NCBI RefSeq assembly: GCF_004010195.1
Contig: NC_057718.1
Coordinates: 52,762,498 to 52,826,497 of the forward strand
DNA length: 64,000 bases
Source of the DNA: Chiloscyllium plagiosum
Lineage: Eukaryota
Direction of reading: 5' to 3'
Positions 25,591 through 40,000 of the stretch are shown piece by piece (position 1 is the first letter of the stretch; each line of letters begins with the position of its first letter). The notes under the pieces are model-generated. The model worked only from the letters and a program-made list of their open reading frames with translations, did not search any database and was not told the origin of the DNA. Position numbers and translations under genes: made by a program.

Positions 25591-27759
25591 TATACTCCCT
25601 ATGCCCTTCTGCAAAAGTTTAAATGTGCTTCTTTTGTATGACTTGTGTATCTCTATTTTGGCACTCCTTAAAGATGCTTCCTGTGAGCTAACACTTCAAA
25701 AACTGATGAGATGTGAATATGGGTCCAGAAGTGTTTGAAGCTGAGGTGAATTTAAAATAATAGCAGATATCTGGGCGTGACCTGACGCAGTTTGCATTTC
25801 TGTTCCTGCTAACTGCAAAGCCTAGCCCTGCAGCTACCTGTTGGAATTACAGAAATCTGAATCATTGGTTGGAAGACCATGTGTTGGTATTCTGAGGAAC
25901 AGTTTCATATATAGAAAATATCAAAATTCTGCAGATGGTTAAAATTTAAGAAAGAACAGAATGTGCCTTAAATACTCAGCAGATGAGGCAACAGCTGTAC
26001 AGAGAGAAACAGACAGTCAATAACCATTCACTGGAACTGAAAAATGTAATCAAAGGGGAGATGGGAGGAAAAGGCATGTGATAATGTGAAGGGGAAGTGT
26101 GAAAACCCCACTGGGCTAAAGAAGGTGGTAATAAAAGGCAGAATCTTCTCAGTCCCTGAATAATATGGGCATTGATGAGAAATGTGGAAAAATCGCGTGA
26201 GACAGCCATTTAGAAGCCTTGTGTCTTTGAGAGCAAAATGTCTGATTTTCCAACCATGTGTCAGAAACCAAGTTTTCCATCTGTGAGACAACATTCTCAC
26301 TCATTAACAGTGAGAGGCTAATTTGCATATGTATGCATGTATTAACATCCTCAGTATTAAATTATCTCATCTCATTTAAAATTTCCCATTCTCCCAGCTG
26401 CAGGATAGAAATTGAATGGAGTCAATTCCCAACATGGATTTGAGAGTGGTATCTTGGCCAGTCCGCATTGCTACTTGCTCCCCCAACCTCTATTAGTCAC
26501 TAACATCTCAGGGTATGCTCCTTGGGTGGTGATCATGCACATCCCACATCTACAGGAACTTCAGGCCTCTGATGGCAAAGTGGGTGCCAATTACCCTCTG
26601 TCTGACATATCTGGGCCAAATTGCATGAACTGTGCAGGATAACTAGGACTGCAGTATTTGGCTGTGCACATAGTGAGGCTGTAAAAATGTAAAGATATAC
26701 TGTAAGATCCCAGCAGAGATCAGTACTTCTGCTTGTGATAAGTAGGAGAATATGATAATCGGAGTGCTGTGGATGAGTGCATAGTGTCTGATTAATGAGG
26801 CAAATTTGGGGAGATAGCGTGAGGAGACCTGATCAAGCTTGTGGGGAGAAATCCTCCAGGAAACACTCCACAAAATGATTCTCATCCAAATTCTGGGAAG
26901 AGTCAGCCCCTGAGACAAAACACGTATTTACATGAACTGTAAAAGACATCAACAGAACTGTTATTGGCTATTTGGGAAAATGGAAGTGGGTTGTCATGAT
27001 CTGGTAATGTTGAAAGCAATGTTGAAAATAGCAAGTTCTTAATGAATAAAATGAATAACAAAATGAAATTAAAGAGCAGGACAATTTTGAAATGGAGTGA
27101 GTCAGTGCTGTTTCAAAGAAAAGTTATGAGACTGCATGGTTTTCAGCATGGATTTCAGAAAGTGATGAAAGCAGTTTTTCAAGGAATGCTAAATATCATG
27201 AAACTATCTAAAACCAGGAGAGATGGAAAATGTGAAGGGTGGGTTTAATTGGAGTCCATTTAAAATAAGGTGGATATAAAAACAATAAGTGCTGTCAGTA
27301 CTCGGCATGTTTGGTAGTTTCTGTGAAGAGAGATGTGAGATTCATATTTCAGGTCAATGATCTGCCATTACAATCACTTGTTTCTCTGTCTACAGACACT
27401 GCTTGAACCACTGAGTAGCTCCAGAATTTTCTGTTTTGATTTCAGATGTTTAGTATCTACAGTATTTACTTTTGTACTGGTGGAATAGGACAGAGTCAAT
27501 GACAGTTGTCAATCACGCAAGGAAAAGAGAAAGCAATGCAAGCGAAGAGGTAAAAGAGACCGTTAGAGAGCTCAGCTGATCTATTTCAATGACTGCATTG
27601 AGAAATTATAGTGTGGGTGCTGGCCTAAATTCTAAGTTCCTGGAACCCAAGAGAGGATATTATATCTATCTGTCAAGCTGTGAAACACTTCATCAATTGA
27701 ACTTGAAACATGAACTTGAACTCTAATCTAATGCTGGAAGGGATGGTTAGAGGGAAATC

Positions 27760-28405
27760 TGTAAGAGCTACATTAGAAATCAACATGATACTATTTGGTT
27801 ACGAAGTATTTGGGTTATTTGAGTTTATTCATAGATGCATACAATATAATTTTACCAGAACTTTATAAATAACAAATTAAGACTCAACTGGGATACTAGA
27901 GAAAAAAAAATCAGTTGCCACATTTCAGGATTATGTAAACATTTTAGAAATGGTACAGAGGAAATTTCCTATGATATTCCAGAGATGAGTGATGGTGGAA
28001 AAGAGAAGCCTGTTGTCCTTGGAATAAAGAGGATAAAATAGTGAGCTAATAGAACATCAAGATGATGAGAGATTTTGGTAGAGTTGGTACTCTTTTGTGG
28101 AGTGAATCAATAACAGAAGGCCTTGGATATAAAATTATTGGCTAAATATCTATAGAGCAAATAAGGAGATTTGCTTTTTCATTGGAAGAAATGCCAGGAT
28201 CTCAAAGTCGTAACTAAACTACTGGAAGGTGATTCCATAAACACTGAAACAGAGTTCAGCAGGTATTTGAGGATGAGAAACTGACAGGGTCATGAACATA
28301 AAGCAGAGATGCGAGACTGAGTGCGCCTGTGCTTTCAAAGAGCTAGCAAAGGCATGGTTGATTGTGTAGTTCTTTACAAAGCTGTAATTTTCTCTGATTC
28401 TATGA
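27760..28405 (+). mobile_element. Degenerate CR1 3' part
   Basis: 'ctttataaatacaaattaagactcaactggga', 'tttagaaatggtacagaggaaattt' (LE.VQRKF), tail 'ttctctgattctatg'. Confidence 0.6.
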
Positions 28406-29539
28406 AGGTGTCTGTTGATACATGGCTCAGCAATGGGTCCTACTGTGTTGCCCGCTGAACTTATTGATAACTTGGGGTGGTCGTTTGGACTTAATGGAGC
28501 CTGTGTTATTGGGACGGAATGAGAGTAGTAAAATCTGCAAAAAATAACAACACAAGAAATAGGAATGACAGCAAATTGACTGAAAATACAAAGCTATTTA
28601 AATACTAGGCTTGTGTACTTAACACCTTTTTATGGCAGCAAAGCATGGGCAATTTGCACAGGCCAAGAAAAACAGTTGAATTGCTTTCACTATTGGGCAT
28701 GTTCAGTAAGACAATAGTGCTGATTAAGGGAGTAAACCTGTGTGCAACAATCCTGAATTTGCTTGCCCTTGAGTCTACCATGACTCCATTGGTTGGATCT
28801 AATGAGCTGAATGGATGACAACTAAATTTCCACAGGCATGTTTGAGAGTCATTCGGCTATTGGCATGAGACCAATAGATTGTCCACATCTGAAAAGGTTG
28901 AGACATGAAAATGCCTCGAGTAGAGTCCCTGCTTCCAAGTCCTCATTCCCATTATGCCTTTTTATTTAGCTGTACTTCATGACTACGAGTCTGCTGGGAT
29001 TTGCTCGGTGCAAATTATTAAAGTAATGGAAGCCTGACACAAAGGTGTTTTTCATCTGATTTCAAGGTACTGACATTTTCCCATCCAGAGTCAATGTAGA
29101 CTTTCTGAAAATCTGCATGAACTCATTGGATTAATGTGATGGAAATCCTGTGGAGTTGGTCACTGTATTCATGAAATAAGACATCCCTGCAATGCTCTTT
29201 GATATCAATTCATTCAAACTTATCACCAAAGAAATGGCTAAATGTACATATGTTTGTTCTTAAGGATGATTAGCTTTAATATGTGCACCCATGTCTTCCA
29301 ATCTGTATCAGAATTCCTATTTCCGACCCACATCAGGCACAAAGTTGTGTGTAGACCTTAATACGATACTTTGAGCTTGACTTCCGAAGGAGGATAATTC
29401 CAAGCTCACAGAGGGCAATGATTCTTGTAAGGAAAGCTGCAGAGAAACTGGGTGACAGTCATGCCACCTGCTTGCAGCCCTATACTATTAGATAAACAAC
29501 CTTTAAAGGTCCCAAAATCTCTTTTAAAAGCTCCAGAGA

Positions 29540-30090
29540 GAAGATAAGTGGGTGAGCAGGTTATCGTCACAGATAGGTAGCTGAGGACATAGGAAAGCAA
29601 TTGGTTAGGGGGCTAGGGTGCCAGGTGGAGGAGGATGTTGAATGGTAAGATGGTGGATGAGGGGATAGTATTGCAGTTTGGTGGAAGAGGTAGAGTGGTA
29701 AGGATAGGTGAGGGGGTAGGATAGCAGTTGGGTGAGCTGTTAGGTGAGTGGAAGGGATATAGTGACAGGACATTGAGTGAAGGGTAGGATGATAGGTTGG
29801 TGACTGAGTGGGTTGGATAGTCGTTGTATGAGGTAATAGGGCAGTAGCTGGATGGAGAGGATAGGATGGCCGGTGGGTGGGTGAATAGAAATAGAGAGTA
29901 GTTATGTGATAAGGCCTGGTTGGTGGGAATTGTTTGCTCTAGCGGAGAGCTAGATGCCTGAGGGTTCTGTAGGATGTTGGTCAATGGTTAGTGCCAAGTG
30001 TCAGGGATGAATGGGGAAGGTGAGTGGCATTTGGGAGGGTTCAGGGGAGTGGTTGGTGGCTGGTTCAATGAGAGTGGATTAGTTGCAGAG
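29540..30090 (+). repeat. G-rich, C-poor low-complexity tract
   Basis: Runs such as ggtggatgaggggatag, gggtgagctgttaggtgagtgg with strong strand asymmetry and no clean periodicity. Confidence 0.7.
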
Positions 30091-31149
30091 CAGGATTTAG
30101 AGCAGATTTTAACCTGTTGAACTTCGCTCAGGTAACTATCCAGGTTATAAAGGTGAAATCCTTCTAATTGTTTGACTGTAGCTCAGAGTAAGAGACATTA
30201 TCAGACTGTTCCAGGTGCTGGGTAATTGCAGATCAGACGTTTAAATTTCTTGGGCAAATACTTCGTAGTCGTTGCGTCAGGACTTCTGAGGGACCCCAAT
30301 GCACATTTTTTAGGGTTTGTCTATTTTCTAAATCGCTCCACTGAAAGATCTGGGTCAAGGTCTTTAGTTTTTATAGATTGTGGGGAGGGGAGGGGTAATT
30401 CAATTATGTGAGTCTGCACGGGGCTAGATTTGTTAAGCCTGGATGTAGACCTTCGGGGGCGGGGGTGGTGAGAAAAAGTAAACAAACTGTTGAATGACTT
30501 GGAAAACTGAAAACAAGAGTTGAAGAATGGAGCAGATAGTTTTAAAAAATACAGTGAATAAAATCTGTTAGGTGCACAGAAACTATAGTCATCTCTGCAT
30601 ATGTCCAAGATATAAAGTGTACAACAGTGTGATATTGGAATAAAGCCTTGCCTGTTAACAGTGCACCCTCATAAATGTCAATGTACAAATGCACATAATG
30701 CACCATGCTTTCCAATTTACATTCCTCCCCGGAAAGTCTACTTCAGTTGCATTTTCTCCTGAAGAGCTTCATATAATTTAGAATTTATCAAGACCTTGTT
30801 CACCAATCAAAAAGAGTTAGTTCTGTATTCCCAAATAACGATTAACGTTTCAAAACAACCACCGCCTGAACGTCCACAAGAATATCCACAAGATTGTAAC
30901 AATATTTCAAAAGGTTATTCCAAGTTGAAGGCTTTATTTTGTTTTCTTAATATCTAGGCAGCAGAAACTAGGTAAGTAATCATTTTGATTTTATCTTCAT
31001 AAATATTATTTTCCATTGCTTAAGAAGTGCATAAATCAATACTGAAACTGAGGAAGAAGAATTGCAGCCATTACTTTGATTCTCTAGCTTTAATACAGCT
31101 TGGGGCTCACTTTTGGAAAAAAACAGACTCACCTTTTATTCTTCATATA

Positions 31150-31455
31150 GATTGTTTCGTCCCAGTAGTCATAAATTTAGGGTAAAGGATAGCAGATGTA
31201 TAACAGATTTGAGGGGGAATTAGTTGTCTCAAAGAGTTGTGAATCTGAGAGTTGGTGAAAACTGGAAAATTGAGTAAGTTTAAGGAGCAGACAGCCAGGT
31301 TTTTAATAAGTAATATTTTGAAGGGTTTAGGAGAGCAGGCAGGAAAGTGGGCTTGAGGCTGAGATGAGATCAACCATGATCATGTCAAATGGTGGAGCAG
31401 GTTTGAGGGGCTGATTTGCTGACTCTTGCTGCTAGTTCTCATGTTCTTATGTTCT
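31150..31455 (+). mobile_element. CR1 3' end
   Basis: 'ctcaaagagttgtgaatctg' (QRVVNLW-like), 'caggaaagtgg', 'aatggtggagcagg', tail 'gttctcatgttcttatgttct'; similar to 62170-62442. Confidence 0.75.
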
Positions 31456-32910
31456 AAACAAAGATCAACTGGATTTGGTAACCGATTTCACATCTGTCTT
31501 TTCATTTTATTGCAATTTCAGAATAGAATTTTATACATAAGCCTATTGGATCAAGCAAGCAATTCAAGCAGAATTTCATATTGTAAAATTGGCATAGTTT
31601 AGAAGGTTTTTGCTCTTAAATGGCTCTGCACAGTTAATTTGATTCTGACTATGTGCAATAATGTGGAACTGGTAAGATAAAAACCCATTCTGCATCTCCT
31701 CTGTGTATTATTTTGTAGAATAATGGGTCAGGATATCATCCATTGGACTAAACTTTAATTAAGGTGATACTTCCCTTTAATTTTCAAAGAAAACAGTAAG
31801 TTCGAGTCAAACTAAGAATATACCTTAGCTTGTCTTCAAAGCATTATCAAACAATTTTGAAAATAGATCACCTTGGCAGCATTAGTGACAACCTAATTCA
31901 AAATAAATTATTCTCCTTTCTCAAGATCTTGGCACATATCAGAGACAATACATTAACAATTGCAGCATAAACAGAGAAAAAGTCAAGAGCACCTTGCTTT
32001 TGTAACTATAATTGACTTCCAAAATATGAGTCCTGGGAGGACTATTGAGTTGAATTCTGCTGAGGTTGGAGAGAAAATAGAAGGACTGCTCGATGAATGT
32101 GGTTTGGGAATAATGGTTTAAAATCTATCTGACAGGAACCTAACATCCTTTCTTGGTTCTAAAAAAAATGGCTCAATCTCTGTTGTTTTCACTCGACTTC
32201 CACTACTGGAGGCAATGCTATCAGGAAACTGACTATTCATTGTGTGGAGTTCAGATGATCTTTGGAGTGCACGACTCAAGAGAGACATTGTTGGAATTTA
32301 GTTATTTTTGAATGTAATTGCTTATTTATACTGTGCTAATTGCCTCATCATGATCAAATAGTAATGCCATCATCAGTACGTAGCTTCCAATGTGCATGTT
32401 TAGGAGTTAACCTTTTACTCTACAACAATGGCTTGATTTCATTAGTTTGTGTCAGTTCCTCAAGCTTTTCTAATGCCTTGTAAAGGATGGAACTTCTTTT
32501 TCATCAGTATAAGACAAATTTCACCTCGGGTGGAACTTTCTTAAATCCAATGTTGTAATCATGACGTTTACTGTGAGTTATGCATAAGAATGCATACAGG
32601 AATACTTTTTTCCCACATTTATACAATCTCAAATGTGGAAAGAATCATTGATGCAAACCACTTCAGTTTGAGATAATTTTATGTCAAATAGACATAAAAT
32701 ATATTAACAATAATATTGGAAAACCTGTTGTTCAATGGTGTTTTACTGCAGTTTAATAACCTTTGTTTGGAACTCATCTGGTACATCCAACAAAATAACA
32801 GGAAATTGTGCTCTGAAAATTGAAAACTCTCCATCACAGTTCAAAGTCAAGGAGGGAAAATGATCAACAGTATTGGAGGAAAGTTGCTTCGTCCTCAACT
32901 AAAGAAACCA

Positions 32911-33020
32911 TGACTTGATGAGTCATACTGACTTGAAGAGTCATACTGACTTGAAATGTTAACTCTGTTTCTCTCTCCACAAATGCTGCCAGAGCTGCTG
33001 AGTTTCTCCAGTTTTCTATG
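32911..33020 (+). mobile_element. Old family D Penelope pLTR with an internal 18-bp tandem duplication
   Basis: tgacttgatgagtcatac tgacttgaagagtcatac tgacttgaa followed by atgttaactctgtttctctctccacaaatgctgcc. Confidence 0.7.
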
Positions 33021-36000
33021 TGTTTGCATCTTGAAAATTACACATTTTTAAATTTCTGCTCTGTGAAGATTTTGACAGTAAAAGCTATGGTGTTAAACTT
33101 CGAGCTTAGATTGATGATTCGTAATTTGATTTTCAGCTTTGCTACTATTGCTGTTTTCTTGCCCATCATCAAGAGAGCCTCATTTGTGGTCAGGCTCACA
33201 ACTTATATCCGAACCCTCAATTAGGTTTCCCAAAGCTTTCATCAAATTGTTAAAAAATGTCTTTGTTTTTCTTCTTGGTATTAATTTCACAAGCTTCTCT
33301 GTAATAAATATATATTCCATGAATGACTACTGCCAACCAGGCCACTGAAATTTCATCAATGCTTTCATCAAATGCAATTGAACAAGCGGAAAAGCTCTTT
33401 GCTTATGATCGTATCCCAGAAGTCTGCTTTCAAATTCTTTCAACCATTGTGTCTCTTGAAAAACTGACATTTGCTAACATTTGGTACCTAATTTAACACT
33501 GAGCTGAATTTTACTGTCCACATTTGGCTGCAAAACCTGGAGAAGCAACATACTCATGAAAATGGCAGGGAAGGAAGAAATGGAGGACAGAGGCAGCCAC
33601 AACTGGAAGCTCATGGTCACAGTAGGCATTACAACTTGGAGAGTCAACTGACGAGGACTCAGCTACATGGACAGTGTCAATGAAAACTTTGGATTTCCAG
33701 GTAGGTGACCTTGGAGTTGTGCAGTATTGAGGTTAATGGAATACATTGGTCATCCATTGCCTGTGACAGTGAGAATCACTGTGGCACTCAACCTTTATAT
33801 CACAGGACCATTCCAGAGATCCTCTGGAGAATCATCCAGTGACCATCCATTGGCTGGTGAAGGATACCATGCATTTTCCACAGGTTAGGTTGACAAAATG
33901 GTTAGATTCAGACTCACCAGTAGATTCCCCAACAGCTACTGATGTGTGTTCCATGGAGGTACTTAAGCCACTCTTGTAGACATATTCCTCACACCCTATT
34001 TTAAATGACTAAGGAATATAATTTTAGTGTTTACACAAATATCCTTATTGGCCTTTCCTTGAATGTCCTTGCCGTCTCAGTTGGTGTGTTGTCATGAGAG
34101 GTCAAGGCATATATTTCCTATTGACCTCATGCTATGTTTAACTTTCCTGACCTCTTTCTCAAGGCAGACAATGGCAGAGAAGTGAGTACTGCTGACCTTA
34201 GCTGATGAAAAAGATATCATTTTTAATTTAACAAATCTTGAGTTCTAGCCTAAAAGCCATCAGTTGTGAAGAAGGATCACTTTACCAAAAACATTAATTC
34301 TGCCTTCTCTCAACAAATGCTGCCATGTCTGCTGAATTTTTCCAGCAATTTCTATTTGAGCACTAACCTTCCAGCTTTCTGTACTGCATTGCATTGACCT
34401 TCTGTTCCAGCTCAAAAGTGCAAATCAACATTTTCTTTTAAATTAATACAATCTTAGCAACACATTCTATTTTGGAAGAACTAACATTCTAATCAAAAAT
34501 AAATTAACTCCATTCTCTCAATAGTTAATTACCTACAGGTATGTACAGCTGTCTGTGCTTACAAAATCTGATCTTTCTTAAGGGTGAGAAATTCTCCCTT
34601 TGGATGAATTCTGTCTTATTCAAAGCTGTTAATCTTTAATTAGTTTTCCAAATATATCCCACCAAGACATTGGATTCTTTTGTAGACTGCTGTTAGACTG
34701 TTTGCCTCCAGTACAGAGTTTTAACTGAAGTGGCAATGCATACATTATCTCCCACAGCACAAGGAACTCCTTATGGATACCATGGTATTTAGGAATTCAC
34801 AGATATTTAGTATAAATAACTACAATGTAACAAACATTATATGTGTGATGCACATAAATGTCTGGGATAATATTCACCTATCTGTTAATATAAATGAATT
34901 GTGCTTCAAGTAGAGTGTCATGCTTTAAGAGATCTGAGGTAAGAATGGAGTATGATATTTTTGTAACATCCATGTCATATGCTATGATATAGTAATGATA
35001 TCATCAGCATGTCTCTAATGGCACAGTGACCATAAAATCTAGCACCACCTTCCTGATCTTGTCCCATCATCGATGCAGTAATGGCCTGATATTGGCATCC
35101 CTTATTTCTTTTCTCTCCAAAATCATCATGCTGTCTCTTGGTTTGTGACAAGGATTCATAGCCAATCTGTCAGGTTCTGATAGTGTATGGGAATCAATGT
35201 TAATGATCATCTTTCTTGACACTTTCACATCAGTGGTTGTGGTTGTTGTTCAATTGAGAAATCCCAGCCTGTACGAATTGAATTACACGCACACACTTTT
35301 CTCTCAATGAACAAAAGGCAGAGTGCCATCATTTTTTTAATAAAGCTAGCAGCTTTCATTAATGAATTTACAATTCTTAAAACTTGTTTAAGATTCAATT
35401 TCACACAAACCTTTCCCTAGCTTTTTTATTGCAGAAATTGCTGGAGAACCTCATGAGGCCGGGCACCATCTGTACAGAGAGAAAAAAACGTTAATGTTTT
35501 CAGTTCAGTATGACTTCTTTGGATCCCCTGTGGGGTACCCAAAATGCTACAAGATTTTCAGAGAAATACATTTTGATTTATATGTACAAATGACAACTCA
35601 TTCAATCAGCATATTTTGAGGAAGACATCTTATGCCATGGGTGTCCTTCATATGGCCAACTAATTTTCAGTGGACCTTCACTTCTTTATTTAGTTTGATA
35701 TACAGCAACCTTAGTTAGCTTTGCCAACAGAGTTTTATGTTAAGCTAAAGTCACTTAGCAATCCTTTTCATCAATTGTCACGTTGCCAAGAAATGGCAAT
35801 CACAGCTGTCGCATTTTGTCTGACAGAGTTACTTATTAGCTCATTACATTGAAATATATGGCAAAATGTAATCAACAACTTGTAACATTCATCCCAGGAT
35901 TTTAACTTCCATCTTGACAAGAGGTTGTCATATCTTTATCCACAAATTGAAAGGGACATATTTTGCACACTTCAAAATAAATGGTGATTACTCTGAACAC

Positions 36001-36338
36001 AACATAGGTGTGAAACGTATTGTTGTTGGAGCTTTGGGAGCCTGGAGGGACTGAAAATGGAAGCACTACATTCTCACCACATCTGGCACAGACCACACAG
36101 ATCACTGTGTTTGGAAGGAACTGGCACAGCTGCACTGTGCGTGCAGTGGAAGAGTAGGCAGATTGAGATGTCAATCTGCAACAAATTATGATTTGAAACT
36201 GACCTGTCATTTCAAACCTTGTGGGTCATGATTGCATCACTTCCTAAACACTCCAAGCTGTACGTGGGTCCCCAACTACCATCTAAATGTATCAGAATTG
36301 GACCTTCAAGTGAAGTGAAGTTAACTTAAGTACTGAGT

Positions 36339-36503
36339 TAAAAATCACACAACACCAGGTTGTAGTACAACAAGTTCAATTGGAAACACTAACTTTTGGA
36401 GGGCTGCTTCTTCATCAGGTGGTTGAACCTGTTGGACTATAACCTGGTGTTGTGTGATTTTTAACTTTGTGCACCCCAGTCCAACACCGGCATGTCAAAA
36501 TCA
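36339..36503. mobile_element. Older fold-back family B insertion
   Basis: Inverted arms aaaaatcacacaacaccagg / cctggtgttgtgtgattttt; TSD TAAGTA(C/T)TGAGT at 36327-36338 and 36504-36515. Confidence 0.85.
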
Positions 36504-37989
36504 TAAGTATTGAGTCATGTATCTTTTGGAGGAACTCTTGCAAGTTCTTGAAGTCAGCAAGAAATGGTAGTTCAGGGGACCCTGTGGCCTCAAAGCTTGT
36601 CAATCTGATAGAGTTAGAAGTCCCTTTTTAGCTGAGCCACAAATCAGAAATGCAGGATATTAGCAGAGAGAGGACACTATGCTTAGAGGAAGGGGGTCAA
36701 AGGTTCTGAATAGAAGGCCATTATCGTACTTGAAATTCAGAACACTTGTCCAACATCACTTCAGTTAAAAACAGTGGCTGAGGTGGCAATGATTCACCAT
36801 CTCGGAAAATCCCCTGATATGCACAACCTTGTCCTGTGGGGCTTACAGCCAGAAAGCAGGACAGTGGCTGCAATACTAGTGATGATTAAGATTGCCTTGG
36901 ATCCTTCATTTCTACACCTCAGAATCATAACACGCTCCATTTGACAATATCGACAAGATGTTGCTTAATGTTGCGCATTGGAGCATCGGTTAGTTTGTCA
37001 AAATCTATGTAAAAGAAGAAGGGAGTTCAAAGTCTTCTCTCTTAGCAGAGGAAAGCAGGAGTTTGTCCCCAGGCAAGCAGAGAAAGATTTCCAGTGGCAC
37101 AGGCAGACATGACTGCACTCATGTTGCTCTGCATGCACCGATATATCAATGAAGAAACAGACAACTATAGAAAAAGGCTACACCATTAACTTGCAGTTGC
37201 TCTGTTTCCTTCTGGTTTGTTCAGCCCATTGAAGCCAGCGACGGCTTCAGGTGAAGGTATCATTTACCTTCTAAAGTACATATAGTCCTGGGATCTGAGC
37301 TGATGGCTGTGAGTAACAGAACAGATAACAGTGTTTTTTTTTTCATTTGACAGTAATTCTTGCTCATGCTTCTCATGGTGAGGCTGCTCTGGCTGTCCAG
37401 GTGACACCTCCTGAGTATCTGAAAAATCAAATGCAGAATTAGAGAGTTGGGTGAGTAAAGGGATGTGTTGGACAGTCAGCGAGAGGTCCACGGTTACACA
37501 ATCTGTGACTTGTGCTTCATCTTAGTTTGACAAATGAGTGTGAAATGAGATCTGAAAAGGTACATAAGTCAAGAAAATGCTATCATCCTGCATATTCTCA
37601 ATGACACCAGCAATGGTCTCATTCACTGCAGCAGCAATAACTTGTAGCATTGTCTCTGTCAGAGTGCTTGATTAATGCAGCTCTTCCCCCATTGGTTCAT
37701 TATAGCTCTATCCTATTATATGCCATCTTGTCCCTCTAGAGAGAGAGAGAGGAACATCAGGGAATGTATTGTGATGTATTTGGATGAAGTGAATATCATA
37801 GCTGAATAATTGAAAGAGAGTGAGGTTTGAGTGGAAAACCAGCAATAGGGGTGATAAGTGTGTCACGGTGAGGTCGATACTTTAAGGTTAGTTATAATTC
37901 TTCATTGGCTGGATTATAATGATGTACGACATTTAGCAATGTATGAGGTTGGTGGTGGGATTGATTAGGGTTAACATTTGAAAATATTT

Positions 37990-38235
37990 TCACTGACCTT
38001 GACCACTCAAGTGAGGTAACTGAACTTGGGGCACCGCAGCTAGGTATTTCAGACAGCCACTTTGATTTGAGTTCAATAGCTGCCTATTCCTATTCCCTTT
38101 GCAGTGCATGTCCTGACTGTCTCCTATTCCCCTGCACAAACTTGGCATCTCTTCCTCTTTAATTAAGTGTTCTAAAGCTGAAACATAGAACCTCGGAACA
38201 GTCATTCTTCTCTGTAGCTCCTTGGTATTCTTCAT
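37990..38235 (-). pseudogene. Possible decayed Myb/SANT-like ORF of a PIF/Harbinger-type DNA transposon
   Basis: QRRMTVPRFYVSALEHLIKE resembles the R.PRF...LE.L N-terminus of Harbinger-associated Myb-like proteins; resemblance by eye only. Confidence 0.3.
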
Positions 38236-38699
38236 GACTTGGAAGAGAGACCTTTGTGGACAATTCTAACATCTGCTGTAAGGAGAATGTACCTCTTTAA
38301 TAAGTGCAGGTCACCATTATTTTGTAATGCTGTGAATGGACCTGGGCTCCCTCGTGAGCATGCAGTCACTCAGCAGTATATTGAAATGTGAGGGAACAGC
38401 TGCCAGAAGTTCTTTGCGTCTTCCTCTCATGGAACTCATTGCCTCAACAGTAACATCTTGGCTCTTTTATTACTCTGGTCACAATGTCTCATGAAATCAT
38501 AATGTTAGAGACATCTTCTGTGCAGGTACAGTTAGCCTTTGATATGCCAGCACCTTCAAGGCAGAACAACCTTGGTATGAATATCACAATTCCTAAATCT
38601 ATGGACCAAACAATCAAGCAGCAGATATCAACTACATTTGCATGAGCTGGCTTAGCACAGCACAGTAGAATCTCCAAGCAGTCACATAAGACCAATTGC

Positions 38700-40000
38700 A
38701 CCTAAGTGTCAACTTATACTGTTTTATTGTGTAAGAGACAAGGTACCACGCAGAAACCTCATGATGGATTTGGAATCCTGTGACACCCCTACTAAACTAC
38801 AATTGTTCAAAACCTTCCTGTAATTCTATTTTACTGATCCAGTGATTGATGATATCAAGGGGAAACACTAAATATCTTACTTGCCATTGGCAAAGGATGG
38901 GATTCTCAGAGTCAATGCATCCAGTCTTTGATTGGATGATCAGAAAGATCCAGAAAACATTTGGAAGGCTTTCAAAGACTAATTCAAGGTAACAATAAAC
39001 TTAAAGATTAACAAACTTCAATTCACGTATTGTGAACATCAAGTCCAAGTTTCTAGGAAGATGCCACAGCAGAAGGCATGAGTGTGATTTGTTTCCAAAG
39101 AGGAACAATCAGAAAGTCTCATTTTGTAGTTATGAGCTCAATACTAACTAAGTCCTTGGGGAAGGATCTTCTCAGCAAGAAAAATGGCCATAACATTGAT
39201 ACAGTGCTTGAGAGTGTTTATACATATGAACCCATAATGGCAGGCCAACACTATTGCTGCAGCCAGCAAAGTGCACCAAACCAACAATATCTTTAACCAA
39301 TATGGTTTATTATATATATCAAAAGTATTCAGCCTTGTTTTAAATATATGTGCAATGAAGAGACATTGAGTACACATTTATCAGCCCCAACAGCAAATCA
39401 CAAGTGACTGATAAGATGGCACAACACCACAACATGAACAACATAGAAAGTTTCTGAAATTGCATCAGCAAAAACGTATCAATGATGCACAGGATCAACC
39501 AAATAAAAGGCAAATTTCAGAAGATGATCAAGCTTTCTCTATTGTTAACATTATATTATGTTGTTGGTATAAGGTATTCAGAAGATTTTGCAATCATTAA
39601 TATCATATGACTTAAAGAAGCTGGTTGATACACAATAAAAGCTAAAATCAACATTGTAGCTCGCGTTAACATAATATCTGTACACATCCTGGAAGTCATA
39701 TACGCAGCAGGTGATATTTCATGACAGCCTGCGAGAGAGCATCTCACAGGTTGTGACATTCACCAATTCCGTGGTTTGACAGAATCACACTAGGGTGCCA
39801 ATATGCAAGCTCATCTTAGATTTCTGCATATTTTTATCTGGTAAGTACCAATAGTCCAGCTGGGCAGGACTACCAGTATACACAGACCTTGGTGCAGTTA
39901 CAATTGATGAGATTTCAACTACACTCGCTGTGATGGAATAGATCACATATGACAAAATCAAATCAGTCAATGGTCTCCAAGGATTTGAAGTCAAATGTAA
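38700..40000 (+). mobile_element. Possible highly degenerate Gypsy-type gag/protease remnant
   Basis: QKDPENIWKAFKD-like text near 38940 (gag-like) and YTIKAKINIVARVNII near 39630 (resembles the K.DTGA..N.I retropepsin motif, but D-T-G is lost). Confidence 0.35.

Noticed and set aside
30958..30971. 14-nt plus-strand micro-exon-like site (ctag|GCAGCAGAAACTAG|gtaagt)
   Set aside because: Frame-shifting length and too short to distinguish from chance.
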